From: an uncultured Endomicrobiia bacterium
Lineage (GTDB): Bacteria > Elusimicrobiota > Endomicrobiia > DTEH01
Length of the DNA stretch: 64,000 nt
Assembly (NCBI GenBank): GCA_937936785.1
Contig: CALDDQ010000004.1
Span: forward strand, 66,801 to 130,800
Direction: 5' to 3'
Under the pieces are notes generated by a model, which saw only the letters and a program-made list of their open reading frames with translations, made no database searches and was not told the DNA's origin. This document shows positions 39,388 to 48,551 of this stretch, in pieces. The stretch's first letter is position 1, and the number at the start of each line of letters is the position of its first letter. The position numbers were made by a program, and so were the translations under genes.

Positions 39388-41040
39388 ATGGACCAAAAAA
39401 TATTACCAATAAAAAAAATTGCACAAAAATTGAGTATAAAAGAAACAGAGATTGCACTTTTTGGTGAATACAAGGCAAAAATTAAATTAAATATTTTAGA
39501 TAGAATAAAAAATAACAAACCTGCAAAATATATCAATGTAACTGCAATTACGCCAACACCTTTTGGAGAAGGTAAAACTACTACTACAATAGGTCTTTCA
39601 ATGGCTTTAAATAAAATAGGTAAAAAAACTATCGCAACTATACGACAGCCATCGTTAGGACCAGTTTTTGGTATAAAAGGAGGAGGTGCAGGCGGTGGAA
39701 AAGCTAAGTTGATTCCTTACGAAGATATAAACTTACATTTTACTGGTGATACGCATTCTGTTAGTGTTGCACATAATTTATGTGCAGCATTTTTGGATAA
39801 CAGTTTGTTTAGAGGAAACAAACTAAACATTGATTTGAAAAATATTTTATGGAAACGTGTAGTTGATGTTAACGATAGGGCGCTAAGAAATATTGAGATA
39901 GGTCTTGGAGATAAAACTGATGGAATAAAACGAAATACTGGATTTGATATCACTGCTGCATCAGAGATAATGGCAATTTTAGCAATGTCAAAAAATATAT
40001 CTGATTTAAGAAAACGTCTTGATAAAATAGTTGTTGCGTTTACTAAAAATAAACAACCGGTTTTTGCAAAAGACTTAAAAGTATCTGGAGCAATGGCTGT
40101 GTTGTTAAAAGATGCCTTAATGCCTAATTTGGTACAAACAAATGAACATACACCTGCTATAGTTCATACAGGACCTTTTGCAAACATTGCTCATGGGAAC
40201 AGTTCTATAATCGCAGATCTTATTGCAACAAAGTTGTCTGATTATGTTGTAACAGAATCAGGTTTTGGTGCTGATTGTGGATTAGAAAAATTTGTCAATA
40301 TAAAGTGTCGTTATAGTGGTTTACATCCGGATTGTGTAGTAATAGTATGTTCAATAAGAGCATTAAAAATGCATTCCGGTATTAAATTATTACCTGAAAA
40401 TATTAAGAAAGAAAATCTTAATTTAGTTGAACAAGGATTACCAAATTTGGAAAAACAAATTCAAAATGTAACAATTTATGGAATTCCTGCAATAGTTGTA
40501 ATAAACAGGTTTGATACAGATACTGATAGAGAACTTTTATTTGTGCAAAAAAAATCAATAGAATTTGGTGCTTCAGAGGCAATAGTTACTGATATTTATT
40601 TAAAAGGTTCAAATGGAGGCCTAGAATTAGCCACAGCTGTAATTAGACAATCTAATAAAAAAAGCAAATTAAAATTTTTATATTCGTTAGATTTGCCTAT
40701 AAAAGAAAAAATAGAAATTATTGCAACAAAAATTTATGGTGCTAAGTGTGTAAAATATTCTTCAATTGCAGAAGAAAAAATTAGGTTGTACAAATCTTGT
40801 GGTTGGGATAAACTTCCAATTTGTATGGCTAAGACACATTTATCTTTGTCTCATGAGCCAAACCTTAAAGGAAAACCACAAAATTTTGTTTTACCTGTGG
40901 TAGATATTAGACCATCAATAGGGGCAGGATTTTTATATCCGTTGTGTGGTCAGATGCGGACAATGCCAGGGTTGCCAAGAGAACCTGTCGGTGAACGAGT
41001 AGATATTGACAAAAATGGTAATATTATAGGTTTATTTTAA
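39388..41040 (+). CDS. fhs: Formate–tetrahydrofolate ligase
   Basis: 'TPTPFGEGKTTTTIGL', 'GGGKAKLIPYEDINLHFTGD' and 'HTGPFANIAHGNSS' motifs. Confidence 0.95.
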   Translation: MDQKILPIKKIAQKLSIKETEIALFGEYKAKIKLNILDRIKNNKPAKYINVTAITPTPFGEGKTTTTIGLSMALNKIGKKTIATIRQPSLGPVFGIKGGGAGGGKAKLIPYEDINLHFTGDTHSVSVAHNLCAAFLDNSLFRGNKLNIDLKNILWKRVVDVNDRALRNIEIGLGDKTDGIKRNTGFDITAASEIMAILAMSKNISDLRKRLDKIVVAFTKNKQPVFAKDLKVSGAMAVLLKDALMPNLVQTNEHTPAIVHTGPFANIAHGNSSIIADLIATKLSDYVVTESGFGADCGLEKFVNIKCRYSGLHPDCVVIVCSIRALKMHSGIKLLPENIKKENLNLVEQGLPNLEKQIQNVTIYGIPAIVVINRFDTDTDRELLFVQKKSIEFGASEAIVTDIYLKGSNGGLELATAVIRQSNKKSKLKFLYSLDLPIKEKIEIIATKIYGAKCVKYSSIAEEKIRLYKSCGWDKLPICMAKTHLSLSHEPNLKGKPQNFVLPVVDIRPSIGAGFLYPLCGQMRTMPGLPREPVGERVDIDKNGNIIGLF

Positions 41041-41041
41041 A

Positions 41042-41659
41042 ATGAAATATACTGATTCTAAAATAAAAGATTTTTTAAATGACTTGTCATCTAAAAAACC
41101 TGTTCCTGGTGGTGGTGCTGCAAGTGCATTAGTATGTGCAGCAGGGGTTAGTTGTATTATGATGGTAATAAATTATACTATTGGTAAACAAGGGTATGAA
41201 AAATATAATACTAAATTAAAAGTAACATTAAATAAACTTTTAAAGATAAAAAATGAAGTTAGAAAATGTATAGATTTAGATGTTCTAATTTTTGACAAAA
41301 TAGCCAAAATATATAAACTACCAAAAAATACAAAGAAACAAATAAATTTTAGAAAGAAAAAATTAAGAAAATTTTTGGTTAAAGTTAATTCTGTTGAAAG
41401 AAATATTATAAAATTAAGTTTAGAAGCAATAAAACTAACTTTACCATTACTAAATATTACAAATAAAAATTTAGTTTCAGATCTTGGTTGTGGAGTATTG
41501 TTTTTAAAATCTTCTTCTGAATCGGCGTTGTTAAATATAAAAATTAATGCTAAAAGTTTAAAACATAAAAAAATTGATAGAACAATTTCTATGACAGAAA
41601 AAATTGTTAATTTGTCAGACAAATTTTTAAAACAAATAAATTTTAAATTAAAATTTTAA
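41042..41659 (+). CDS. fchA: Methenyl-THF cyclohydrolase / FtcD-type cyclodeaminase domain protein (FchA-like)
   Basis: 'KPVPGGGAASALVCAAG' is the start of the cyclodeaminase domain. The gene is positioned between fhs and folD, as in acetogens. Confidence 0.7.
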   Translation: MKYTDSKIKDFLNDLSSKKPVPGGGAASALVCAAGVSCIMMVINYTIGKQGYEKYNTKLKVTLNKLLKIKNEVRKCIDLDVLIFDKIAKIYKLPKNTKKQINFRKKKLRKFLVKVNSVERNIIKLSLEAIKLTLPLLNITNKNLVSDLGCGVLFLKSSSESALLNIKINAKSLKHKKIDRTISMTEKIVNLSDKFLKQINFKLKF

Positions 41660-41664
41660 ATATA

Positions 41665-42531
41665 ATGAATAGAATAAATTTTAACGATGGTAAAATTTGT
41701 ACAATAATAGGTTTTTGGATAAATTTTTTTTTAATTATAATAAAATTTGTTGCAGGGATAGTTGGTAAAAGTCAAGCAATGATTGCAGATTCGTTACATT
41801 CGTTATCTGATGGTATTGCTACCATAGCGGTATATTTAGGTATTAGTATATCAGAAAAACCGGCTGATGAAGAGCATCCATACGGACATGGAAATATTGA
41901 AGTAATAGTAGCATTGTTTGTCTCGGTATTGTTGTTAATTACGGGAATGTTTCTTGGATATACAGCAATACATTCTATGATGCATAGACATTTTTCTGTC
42001 CCGGGAAAAATTGCAGTTTATGTGGCAATAATATCTATTTTTGTTAAAGAAATTTTGTATAGATATACAATTATGGTTGGAAAAAATTTGAATTCTCCTG
42101 CGATAATTGCAAATTCGTATGATCACAGATCTGATGCATTTTCTTCGATAGGAGCATTATTAGCAATTTTAGGTGCCAGGTTGGGGATTAAATATTTAGA
42201 TCCTTTAGGTGGTGTTATTATATCAATTTTTATATTAAAGATGGGTATTGAAATAATAACTTCTAACTTAAAAATAGTTATGGATTCTGCACCAGATAAA
42301 AATATGCAAACCCAGATTAACAACAAAATTATGAACACTAAAGGAGTAAAAACTGCTTCTACAGTGAAAATTCATCCTGTGGGAAGAAATTATTTTTTAG
42401 AAGTATCAATTACTGTCGATAAAAATATTACAGTTAAAGATGGGCATAACATTGCAGAAAAGATAAAAGATGTTTTAATGAATATGCAACCTGAAATAAA
42501 AGATGTTACAGTTCATGTAGAACCTGATTGA
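41665..42531 (+). CDS. Cation diffusion facilitator family transporter
   Basis: Six TM segments, 'HSLSDGIAT' and 'HRSDAFSS' motifs, and a C-terminal cytoplasmic domain. Confidence 0.85.
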   Translation: MNRINFNDGKICTIIGFWINFFLIIIKFVAGIVGKSQAMIADSLHSLSDGIATIAVYLGISISEKPADEEHPYGHGNIEVIVALFVSVLLLITGMFLGYTAIHSMMHRHFSVPGKIAVYVAIISIFVKEILYRYTIMVGKNLNSPAIIANSYDHRSDAFSSIGALLAILGARLGIKYLDPLGGVIISIFILKMGIEIITSNLKIVMDSAPDKNMQTQINNKIMNTKGVKTASTVKIHPVGRNYFLEVSITVDKNITVKDGHNIAEKIKDVLMNMQPEIKDVTVHVEPD

Positions 42532-42571
42532 GAGAAAGTAATAATAATTTTTAATTCATAAGGAAGAGTAA

Positions 42572-43450
42572 ATGTTAAGAAAAATCATAGATGGAAAAAA
42601 GATAGCTGCTAAACTTAAAAAGGAAATCATTTATGACTTAGCTAAAATAAAAAAAAATAAACCTTTTTTGCCTAAATTAGTATCAATAATTGTTGGTCAA
42701 AAACCTGAAACAGAATCGTATTGTGTTACACAAAAAAAAATTTGTGTACAATTAGGCATAAGTTTTGAAATAATAAAATTGTCATCTGCTATTTCAAATA
42801 AAAAGTTGATCTCTATAATTAAAAAGTTAAACTTAAATAAAACTGTTAGCGGAATAATCTTGAATTTACCATTGCCAAAACATATTAACCAATACGAAGC
42901 TCAAAATACAATTTTACCTATAAAGGATGTTGAATCTGTTACTGCAAAGAATTTAGGCATACTTTTTTATACTGAAAAAAAACTTTTTATTGTGCCATGT
43001 ACAGCATGGGCAGTTATGGAATGTATAAAAGAATCAGGTATACAATTAAGTGGTAAAGATGTTGTGATAGTTGGTCATAGTGAGATTGTTGGAAAATCGT
43101 TAGCAATGTTAATGTTGAAATCGAGATTAAATTCTGCAACTCCTACAGTGTGCCATATAGGCACAAAAAATTTGTCTAAACATACAAAACGGGCTGAAAT
43201 TTTAGTTGTAGCTGTTGGAAAACCAAATTTTATAAAAGCGAGTATGATAAAAAAAGGTGCAGTAGTTATAGATGTTGGTATTAATAAGTTAGAAGATAAA
43301 ATTGTCGGTGATGTAGATTTTAAAAATGTAATAAAAAAAGTAAAAAAGATAACCCCTGTCCCTGGAGGAGTAGGTTGTATAACACCATTTTTGTTAATAA
43401 AAAATTTGTTGAATTTGTATAAAAAACAATGTAATATGTTCATTAAATAA
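42572..43450 (+). CDS. folD: Bifunctional methylene-THF dehydrogenase / methenyl-THF cyclohydrolase
   Basis: 'IIDGKKIAAKLK', 'VVIVGHSEIVGKSLAMLM' and 'TPVPGGVGCITP' motifs. Confidence 0.9.
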   Translation: MLRKIIDGKKIAAKLKKEIIYDLAKIKKNKPFLPKLVSIIVGQKPETESYCVTQKKICVQLGISFEIIKLSSAISNKKLISIIKKLNLNKTVSGIILNLPLPKHINQYEAQNTILPIKDVESVTAKNLGILFYTEKKLFIVPCTAWAVMECIKESGIQLSGKDVVIVGHSEIVGKSLAMLMLKSRLNSATPTVCHIGTKNLSKHTKRAEILVVAVGKPNFIKASMIKKGAVVIDVGINKLEDKIVGDVDFKNVIKKVKKITPVPGGVGCITPFLLIKNLLNLYKKQCNMFIK

Positions 43451-43653
43451 TTATATCTAAAGTTACATAACAAATTAAATAAAAATCAATAAAAAATTAT
43501 AAGTATAAACGATAGTTATGATTTAAGAATTATTAGATCTAATTTTTTACTTAGAACTTAAAAAGTATAATTTGTTTTGCTAATAGTATAAATTTTTAGT
43601 ATAGAATTTTTTGTTTTATAGTGAATTTGGATATAAATTTTTTGTAGAAAAAT

Positions 43654-43842
43654 ATGATTATATTAAATGGTAAAAAGGTTCGCAATCCTTTAAGTATATT
43701 GAAATTGATTAAAGAATATGGGTATTCAAATAATATATGTATTATACTAAATGGTAAAGTAATAAGAAAAATTTACTGGGATAAAGTAAAACTTAAAGAT
43801 GGCGATGAAGTAGAAATAGTTGGTTTTGTAGGTGGTGGGTAG
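43654..43842 (+). CDS. thiS: Sulfur carrier protein ThiS
   Basis: 62 aa ending in 'GGG' (a Gly-Gly C-terminus), placed immediately upstream of thiG. Confidence 0.75.
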   Translation: MIILNGKKVRNPLSILKLIKEYGYSNNICIILNGKVIRKIYWDKVKLKDGDEVEIVGFVGGG

Positions 43843-43872
43843 TAGTTAGTAAAAAATTTAAAATAAAAATGT

Positions 43873-44640
43873 ATGAATAAATACTTTGAGATAGCAGGCA
43901 AAAAACTAAAGTCAAGACTTTTTATAGGAACTGGCAAACTTCCTACCTATAAAATAATACCGAATATAGTGAAACAATCCGGTGTACAAGTTTTAACTGT
44001 TGCTGTTAGAAGAATAAATCCTAAGACAAAAATAGAGAATGTTTTAGATTATATACCTAAGGATATTATAATAATGGTAAACACTTCAGGAGCAAGAAAT
44101 GCTAATGAAGCAGTTAGAATTGCAGAAATTGGTGCTGAATTGACAAACTCTAATTGGATAAAAATTGAAATAGAAGCAGATACAAGATATTTAGTTCCAG
44201 ACAATGAAGAAACAGTCAAAGCAACAAAAGAATTGGTCAGAAAAGGATTTAAAGTGTTCCCTTATATTACTCCTGACTTGATAACTGCAAAAAAACTTGT
44301 TGACGCAGGTGCTGTATCTGTGATGCCATTAGGTTCATTTATTGGGACAAACAAAGGTATTACAGCAAGATCGCTTATTGAACCTATGATAAAAGAAATT
44401 AATGTGCCAATTATTATAGATGCAGGTATAGGTAGACCTTCACATGCAGCTGATGCTATGGAGATGGGAGCACAAGCTGTTCTTGTCAATACTTCAATAG
44501 CAATATCAAAAGATCCTGTAAAGATGTCTGTAGCAATGTCTAAAGCTGTTATTGCAGGAAGAATTGCATATGAAATTGGAATATTAAAAGAGAAAGAATT
44601 TGCAATGCCTTCATCTCCGCTTACAAATTTTTTAAGATAA
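43873..44640 (+). CDS. thiG: Thiazole synthase
   Basis: 'GTGK', 'VMPLGS.IGT..G' and 'IIDAGIGRPSHAADAMEMGAQAVLVNT' motifs. Confidence 0.9.
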   Translation: MNKYFEIAGKKLKSRLFIGTGKLPTYKIIPNIVKQSGVQVLTVAVRRINPKTKIENVLDYIPKDIIIMVNTSGARNANEAVRIAEIGAELTNSNWIKIEIEADTRYLVPDNEETVKATKELVRKGFKVFPYITPDLITAKKLVDAGAVSVMPLGSFIGTNKGITARSLIEPMIKEINVPIIIDAGIGRPSHAADAMEMGAQAVLVNTSIAISKDPVKMSVAMSKAVIAGRIAYEIGILKEKEFAMPSSPLTNFLR

Positions 44641-44641
44641 T

Positions 44642-45721
44642 ATGTTTTCAGATATAATTGGTTTTGAAACAAAACAGTTTAAAAGAATAAAAAAAATAAT
44701 TAATGATATTGATATATCATATAATGAAACGGATAGATTGCAAATAGTTAAATTTTTAAATTTTGATGTTGATATAGAAAAATTAGCTTTAAGATCGAAA
44801 GAGTTGACCGACTATTTTTTTGGTAAAACAATTCTTTTGTATACTCCACTTTATATTTCAAATTATTGTATAAACGGGTGTCTTTACTGTGGCTTTTCTG
44901 CGTTAAACAAAATAAAAAGAAAAAAACTTAGTTTAAATGATGTTAAAAAAGAAATTATATCTATAAAAGAAAAAGGTTTTGATACAATCTTAATATTGAC
45001 AGGTGAAGATAGAAGAAATTCATCTTTGGAATACATTTTGAAAGTAATAGAAATTGCAAAAAAATATTTTTCAGAAATACTTATAGAAATTTATCCGTTA
45101 GAAGAATATGAATACAGAAAACTTGTGAATAATGGTATTACTGGAGTTACACTTTATCAAGAAACTTATGATAAAAAATTTTATGACAGGATACATAAAT
45201 TTGGTCCAAAGAAAAATTTTAATTATAGGTTGGATGCTGTAGAAAGAGCAATAAATGCAGGTGTGAAAGAAGTTAACATAGGCCCTCTTTTGGGGCTTAA
45301 TAAAAATTATGATTTTGATGTTTACATGACAGTTATTCATGGGCAATATATTCAAAATAATTATCCCGAAGTAGAGCTTGCAATATCATATCCAAGAATA
45401 CAATCATCTGTTTCAAAGATTAAAACATATCCTGTTAAAGACATAGATTTTGCGAAAATTATATTTATTACGAGACTATTTTTAAACAGAGTTGGTATAA
45501 ACATATCGACAAGAGAGCCACAGTATATGAGAGACAATCTTATAGGTCTTGGTATAACCAAAATGAGTGCTGAAGCAAAAACTACTGTAGGTGGGCATGC
45601 AAAAAATTTTTATGATGCGAAACAGTTTGAGATAAACGATAATAGGAATTTAGTTGATATAATTAAGGTTCTTAAATTAAAAAATTATCGTCCAGAATTT
45701 ACAAACTGGGTTAAAATTTAG
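44642..45721 (+). CDS. thiH: 2-iminoacetate synthase (radical SAM)
   Basis: Radical SAM motif 'CINGCLYC'. 359 aa, in thi operon context. Confidence 0.85.
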   Translation: MFSDIIGFETKQFKRIKKIINDIDISYNETDRLQIVKFLNFDVDIEKLALRSKELTDYFFGKTILLYTPLYISNYCINGCLYCGFSALNKIKRKKLSLNDVKKEIISIKEKGFDTILILTGEDRRNSSLEYILKVIEIAKKYFSEILIEIYPLEEYEYRKLVNNGITGVTLYQETYDKKFYDRIHKFGPKKNFNYRLDAVERAINAGVKEVNIGPLLGLNKNYDFDVYMTVIHGQYIQNNYPEVELAISYPRIQSSVSKIKTYPVKDIDFAKIIFITRLFLNRVGINISTREPQYMRDNLIGLGITKMSAEAKTTVGGHAKNFYDAKQFEINDNRNLVDIIKVLKLKNYRPEFTNWVKI

Positions 45722-46426
45722 ATGAGTAATATAAACAATATTTTCAATTTATATTTTTCAAAAGAACAGATAGAAAGAATAAGAAAAACAAAAGTTTTAA
45801 TAATAGGATGTGGTGGTCTTGGGTCAAATGTGTCAAATATACTTGTAAGAACAGGTTTTATAAATTTTACAATTATTGATTTTGATAAAGTAGAATTAAA
45901 AAATTTAAACCGACAACAATTTTTTACCTCAGATATAGGAAAAAATAAAGTAGATGTTTTAAAAAAAAATCTTTTAGAGATAAATCCAGAGTTAAAAATA
46001 AAATCTATAAATAAAGAATTGGATAATAAAAAACTTGAAAATATAATAAAAACATATGATCCGGATGTTGTTATTGAAGCAGTTGATAAAGAATATACTA
46101 AAACAATGATATTTGAAACTACATTAAAAATGGGCAAAACGTTGATAACTGCTAGTGGAGTTGCTGGTTATGGAGATGTAGAAAATATAAAAATAATAAG
46201 AAAAAGAAGCTATACATTAATAGGAGATTTAGTTTCAAGATGTGGTTGTTGTAACGAATGTTATTCTTACAAGGGAACAGAATGTAATATAGAAAAGTCG
46301 CTAAAAAAAGGAGAATATAAGGTGCCACTTGCACCTAAAGTTATTGTAGTTGCAGCTATGCAGGCAGATGAAGTTTTAAGAAGAGTTTTAACCGGTAGAA
46401 CTTATGAAAAAAAAAGAAAAAATTAA
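45722..46426 (+). CDS. thiF: ThiF/MoeB-type adenylyltransferase
   Basis: 'VLIIGCGGLGSNV' Rossmann motif. Confidence 0.8.
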   Translation: MSNINNIFNLYFSKEQIERIRKTKVLIIGCGGLGSNVSNILVRTGFINFTIIDFDKVELKNLNRQQFFTSDIGKNKVDVLKKNLLEINPELKIKSINKELDNKKLENIIKTYDPDVVIEAVDKEYTKTMIFETTLKMGKTLITASGVAGYGDVENIKIIRKRSYTLIGDLVSRCGCCNECYSYKGTECNIEKSLKKGEYKVPLAPKVIVVAAMQADEVLRRVLTGRTYEKKRKN

Positions 46427-47057
46427 ATTTTTTGAAACTCCTAATATATATTGTATAACTGACGAAAAACATTCTAACAATAGGGACAACATAAAAGTTG
46501 TAAAAGAGATGTTGAAATCAGGGGTGAAAATAATTCAGTATAGAGAAAAATATAAACAGTTAGGAGATAAATATAGAGAATGTTTAAAAATAAGAGAATT
46601 AACATTAAAATATAATGCTATATTTATAGTTAATGACCACCCAGACATAGCTATAATGGTTAACGCTGATGGTATTCATATAGGACAAGATGATTATCCT
46701 ATTAGAGAAGTTAGAAAATTGGTAGGGAAGAATTTTATAGTAGGTATTTCAACACATAATCCGAGCCAGTACTTAAAAGCGGTAAAAGAAGGTGCAGATT
46801 ATGCAGGCGTAGGACCTATTTTTGAAACCAATACAAAAGAAAATGTTATCCCGCCAGTAGGGTTAGAATATTTACGTTGGGTTGTTAAAAACAAGAAAAT
46901 ACCTTTTGTTGCAATTGGTGGAATAAAAGAATATAATGTTGATAGTGTGATAAAATCTGGTGCTAGATGTGTTTGTTTGGTGACTGAAATTACTCAAGCA
47001 GAAAATATAAAGTTAAAAATTAAAAATATTTGGAAAAAATTGTACAAGTGTAGTTAA
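46404..47057 (+). CDS. thiE: Thiamine-phosphate synthase
   Basis: 'LYCITD', 'IHIGQDD' and 'DYAGVGPIFET' motifs. Confidence 0.85.
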   Translation: MKKKEKIKFFETPNIYCITDEKHSNNRDNIKVVKEMLKSGVKIIQYREKYKQLGDKYRECLKIRELTLKYNAIFIVNDHPDIAIMVNADGIHIGQDDYPIREVRKLVGKNFIVGISTHNPSQYLKAVKEGADYAGVGPIFETNTKENVIPPVGLEYLRWVVKNKKIPFVAIGGIKEYNVDSVIKSGARCVCLVTEITQAENIKLKIKNIWKKLYKCS

Positions 47058-47213
47058 AGATATACTTTTTAGGCGTAAATTTTACATACTTAAAACAAAA
47101 ATATCAATTATTTATACACGACTAAAATGGGAATTTTTTATTTATAGAAACATATAATGAATAAAAAGGTTGTTAAGATGTAAATTAGATGATCAGAACA
47201 GTTATTATTTGAG

Positions 47214-47351
47214 ATGGAAGAATTGCTAAAATTTATAATAGTTAAAAAAGGAGAAAAGTATAAGATAGAATTTTGTTTTACACGGATAAATTTTTTGTTT
47301 GGAGAAGAAATAAAATTTTTATCAGACATTTTGTTTTTAATAAAAAAATAA
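47214..47351 (+). CDS. Small hypothetical ORF (45 aa). It may be a 5' fragment of a decayed gene shared with the following ORF
   Basis: ATG to TAA ORF not present in the supplied track. It has a weak RBS and ends 1 nt before the next ORF, which is in a different frame. Confidence 0.2.
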   Translation: MEELLKFIIVKKGEKYKIEFCFTRINFLFGEEIKFLSDILFLIKK

Positions 47352-47376
47352 GTTGTTATTAGAAAATGCCAAAGGT

Positions 47377-47709
47377 ATGAATCGACCAATTTTAAAAGTA
47401 GAATTAATTGACAAAGATAAAGCAGAATGGTCTGGTGTTAACGATTTTGTGCAAAGAGGCTCAAACAGATTCTTGAAAAGATTTTACAATTATACTATTA
47501 TGAATTCACCAACATTTTGTATTTGTTATGAATGTATAATTGCATTATTGCCAGAATGTAATGAAGTAACGGTTGTAGATTGCGAATATACTGGAATTAC
47601 ACCGGTAGGTATAAATTTTGATACACTGGCAAATTTGATTAGTGATGTTTATCATACAGAAGGATTTTTAGGTGTTGGGCGATTATATTTAGCAAACAAA
47701 AAATTTTAG
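47377..47709 (+). CDS. Cys-rich hypothetical protein (ORFan)
   Basis: 110 aa from the first ATG (the track ORF starts at a TTG at 47353). It has six Cys residues in 'FCICYECIIALLPECNEVTVVDCEY' and no family resemblance that I recognise. Confidence 0.4.
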   Translation: MNRPILKVELIDKDKAEWSGVNDFVQRGSNRFLKRFYNYTIMNSPTFCICYECIIALLPECNEVTVVDCEYTGITPVGINFDTLANLISDVYHTEGFLGVGRLYLANKKF

Positions 47710-47944
47710 GTTTCTGAAGGTGTATTAAAACGTGTTGTTTGTATGACCAAAAAATTAAAAAGATTTTTGTTTGACAGATTAACAAAACAATTGTGCGATA
47801 TTGCTGATATAGATTTTTTGTCTAAAATTGCAGATTAAACTGTTACTACAGATATAAAAGAATTGGTACATTTTATACAAAAAGTTGAACATTCTGTATT
47901 AAATATGCCATCTTTAATTTAAAACTACAAACTAAAAATTATAA

Positions 47945-48529
47945 ATGAATAAGTTAACAAGAAAATTTTTTTGTAGAGAACCAGAAGTTGTAGCCAAAAA
48001 TTTGTTAGGGAAAATCTTGGTTCGTAGATTTAGTAAAAAGAAGGAGTATTTTAAAATTATAGAAACAGAAGCGTATTCTGATGGTGATGATGATGCATGT
48101 CATGCGGTAAGGTATGGGAAAACTAAACGAACAGAAACATTATTTGGTAAGGTGGGATTGAGTTATGTATATTCTGTTCATATAAACATGTTTTGTTTTA
48201 ACTTTGTTGCACACAAAAAAAATCGTTTTGGTGGGGTATTGATTCGTGGTGTTGAGAGAATAAAAAGTCTGAAACAAGGAACCAAAAATTTTATAGGAGA
48301 AAAAATTTTAGGTCCAGCACGTGTATGTAAAGCGTTAAAAATAGATACAAAATTTAATAAAATAGATTTGTTAAACAACAAAAATTTTTATATATTAAAC
48401 AACTATCCTGTTAGTAATAATAGAATAGTTGTAGGAAAACGAGTTAACATAGATTATGCCAAAAAATCAAAAAATTGGTTATGGCGATTTATGATTGTGC
48501 AAAAATTAAAAAATTTAGATCCAAATTGA
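47945..48529 (+). CDS. mpg: 3-methyladenine DNA glycosylase (Mpg/AAG family)
   Basis: 'FFCREPEVVAKNLLGKIL', 'IIETEAYSDGDDDACHA' and 'SYVYSVHINMFCFN' motifs. Confidence 0.8.
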   Translation: MNKLTRKFFCREPEVVAKNLLGKILVRRFSKKKEYFKIIETEAYSDGDDDACHAVRYGKTKRTETLFGKVGLSYVYSVHINMFCFNFVAHKKNRFGGVLIRGVERIKSLKQGTKNFIGEKILGPARVCKALKIDTKFNKIDLLNNKNFYILNNYPVSNNRIVVGKRVNIDYAKKSKNWLWRFMIVQKLKNLDPN

Positions 48530-48551
48530 ATAATTTTACAAGGATAAAAAA

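Noticed and set aside
43451-43653. Possible TPP riboswitch in the thiS leader (and 722-822 before thiC)
   Set aside because: No CUGAGA core and no GC-rich helices are visible. Reported as an absence in the findings, not called as a feature.
47138-47389. 83-aa minus-strand ORF in the thiE–mpg gap
   Set aside because: The translation is low-complexity (runs of S/N/I/F), there is no RBS, and it overlaps the + strand ORFs. Most likely spurious.
47743-47838. 31-aa + strand ORF (MTKKLKRFLFDRLTKQLCDIADIDFLSKIAD) between the Cys-rich ORFan and mpg
   Set aside because: No Shine-Dalgarno sequence and no recognisable family. Kept only as part of the ORFan-locus finding.
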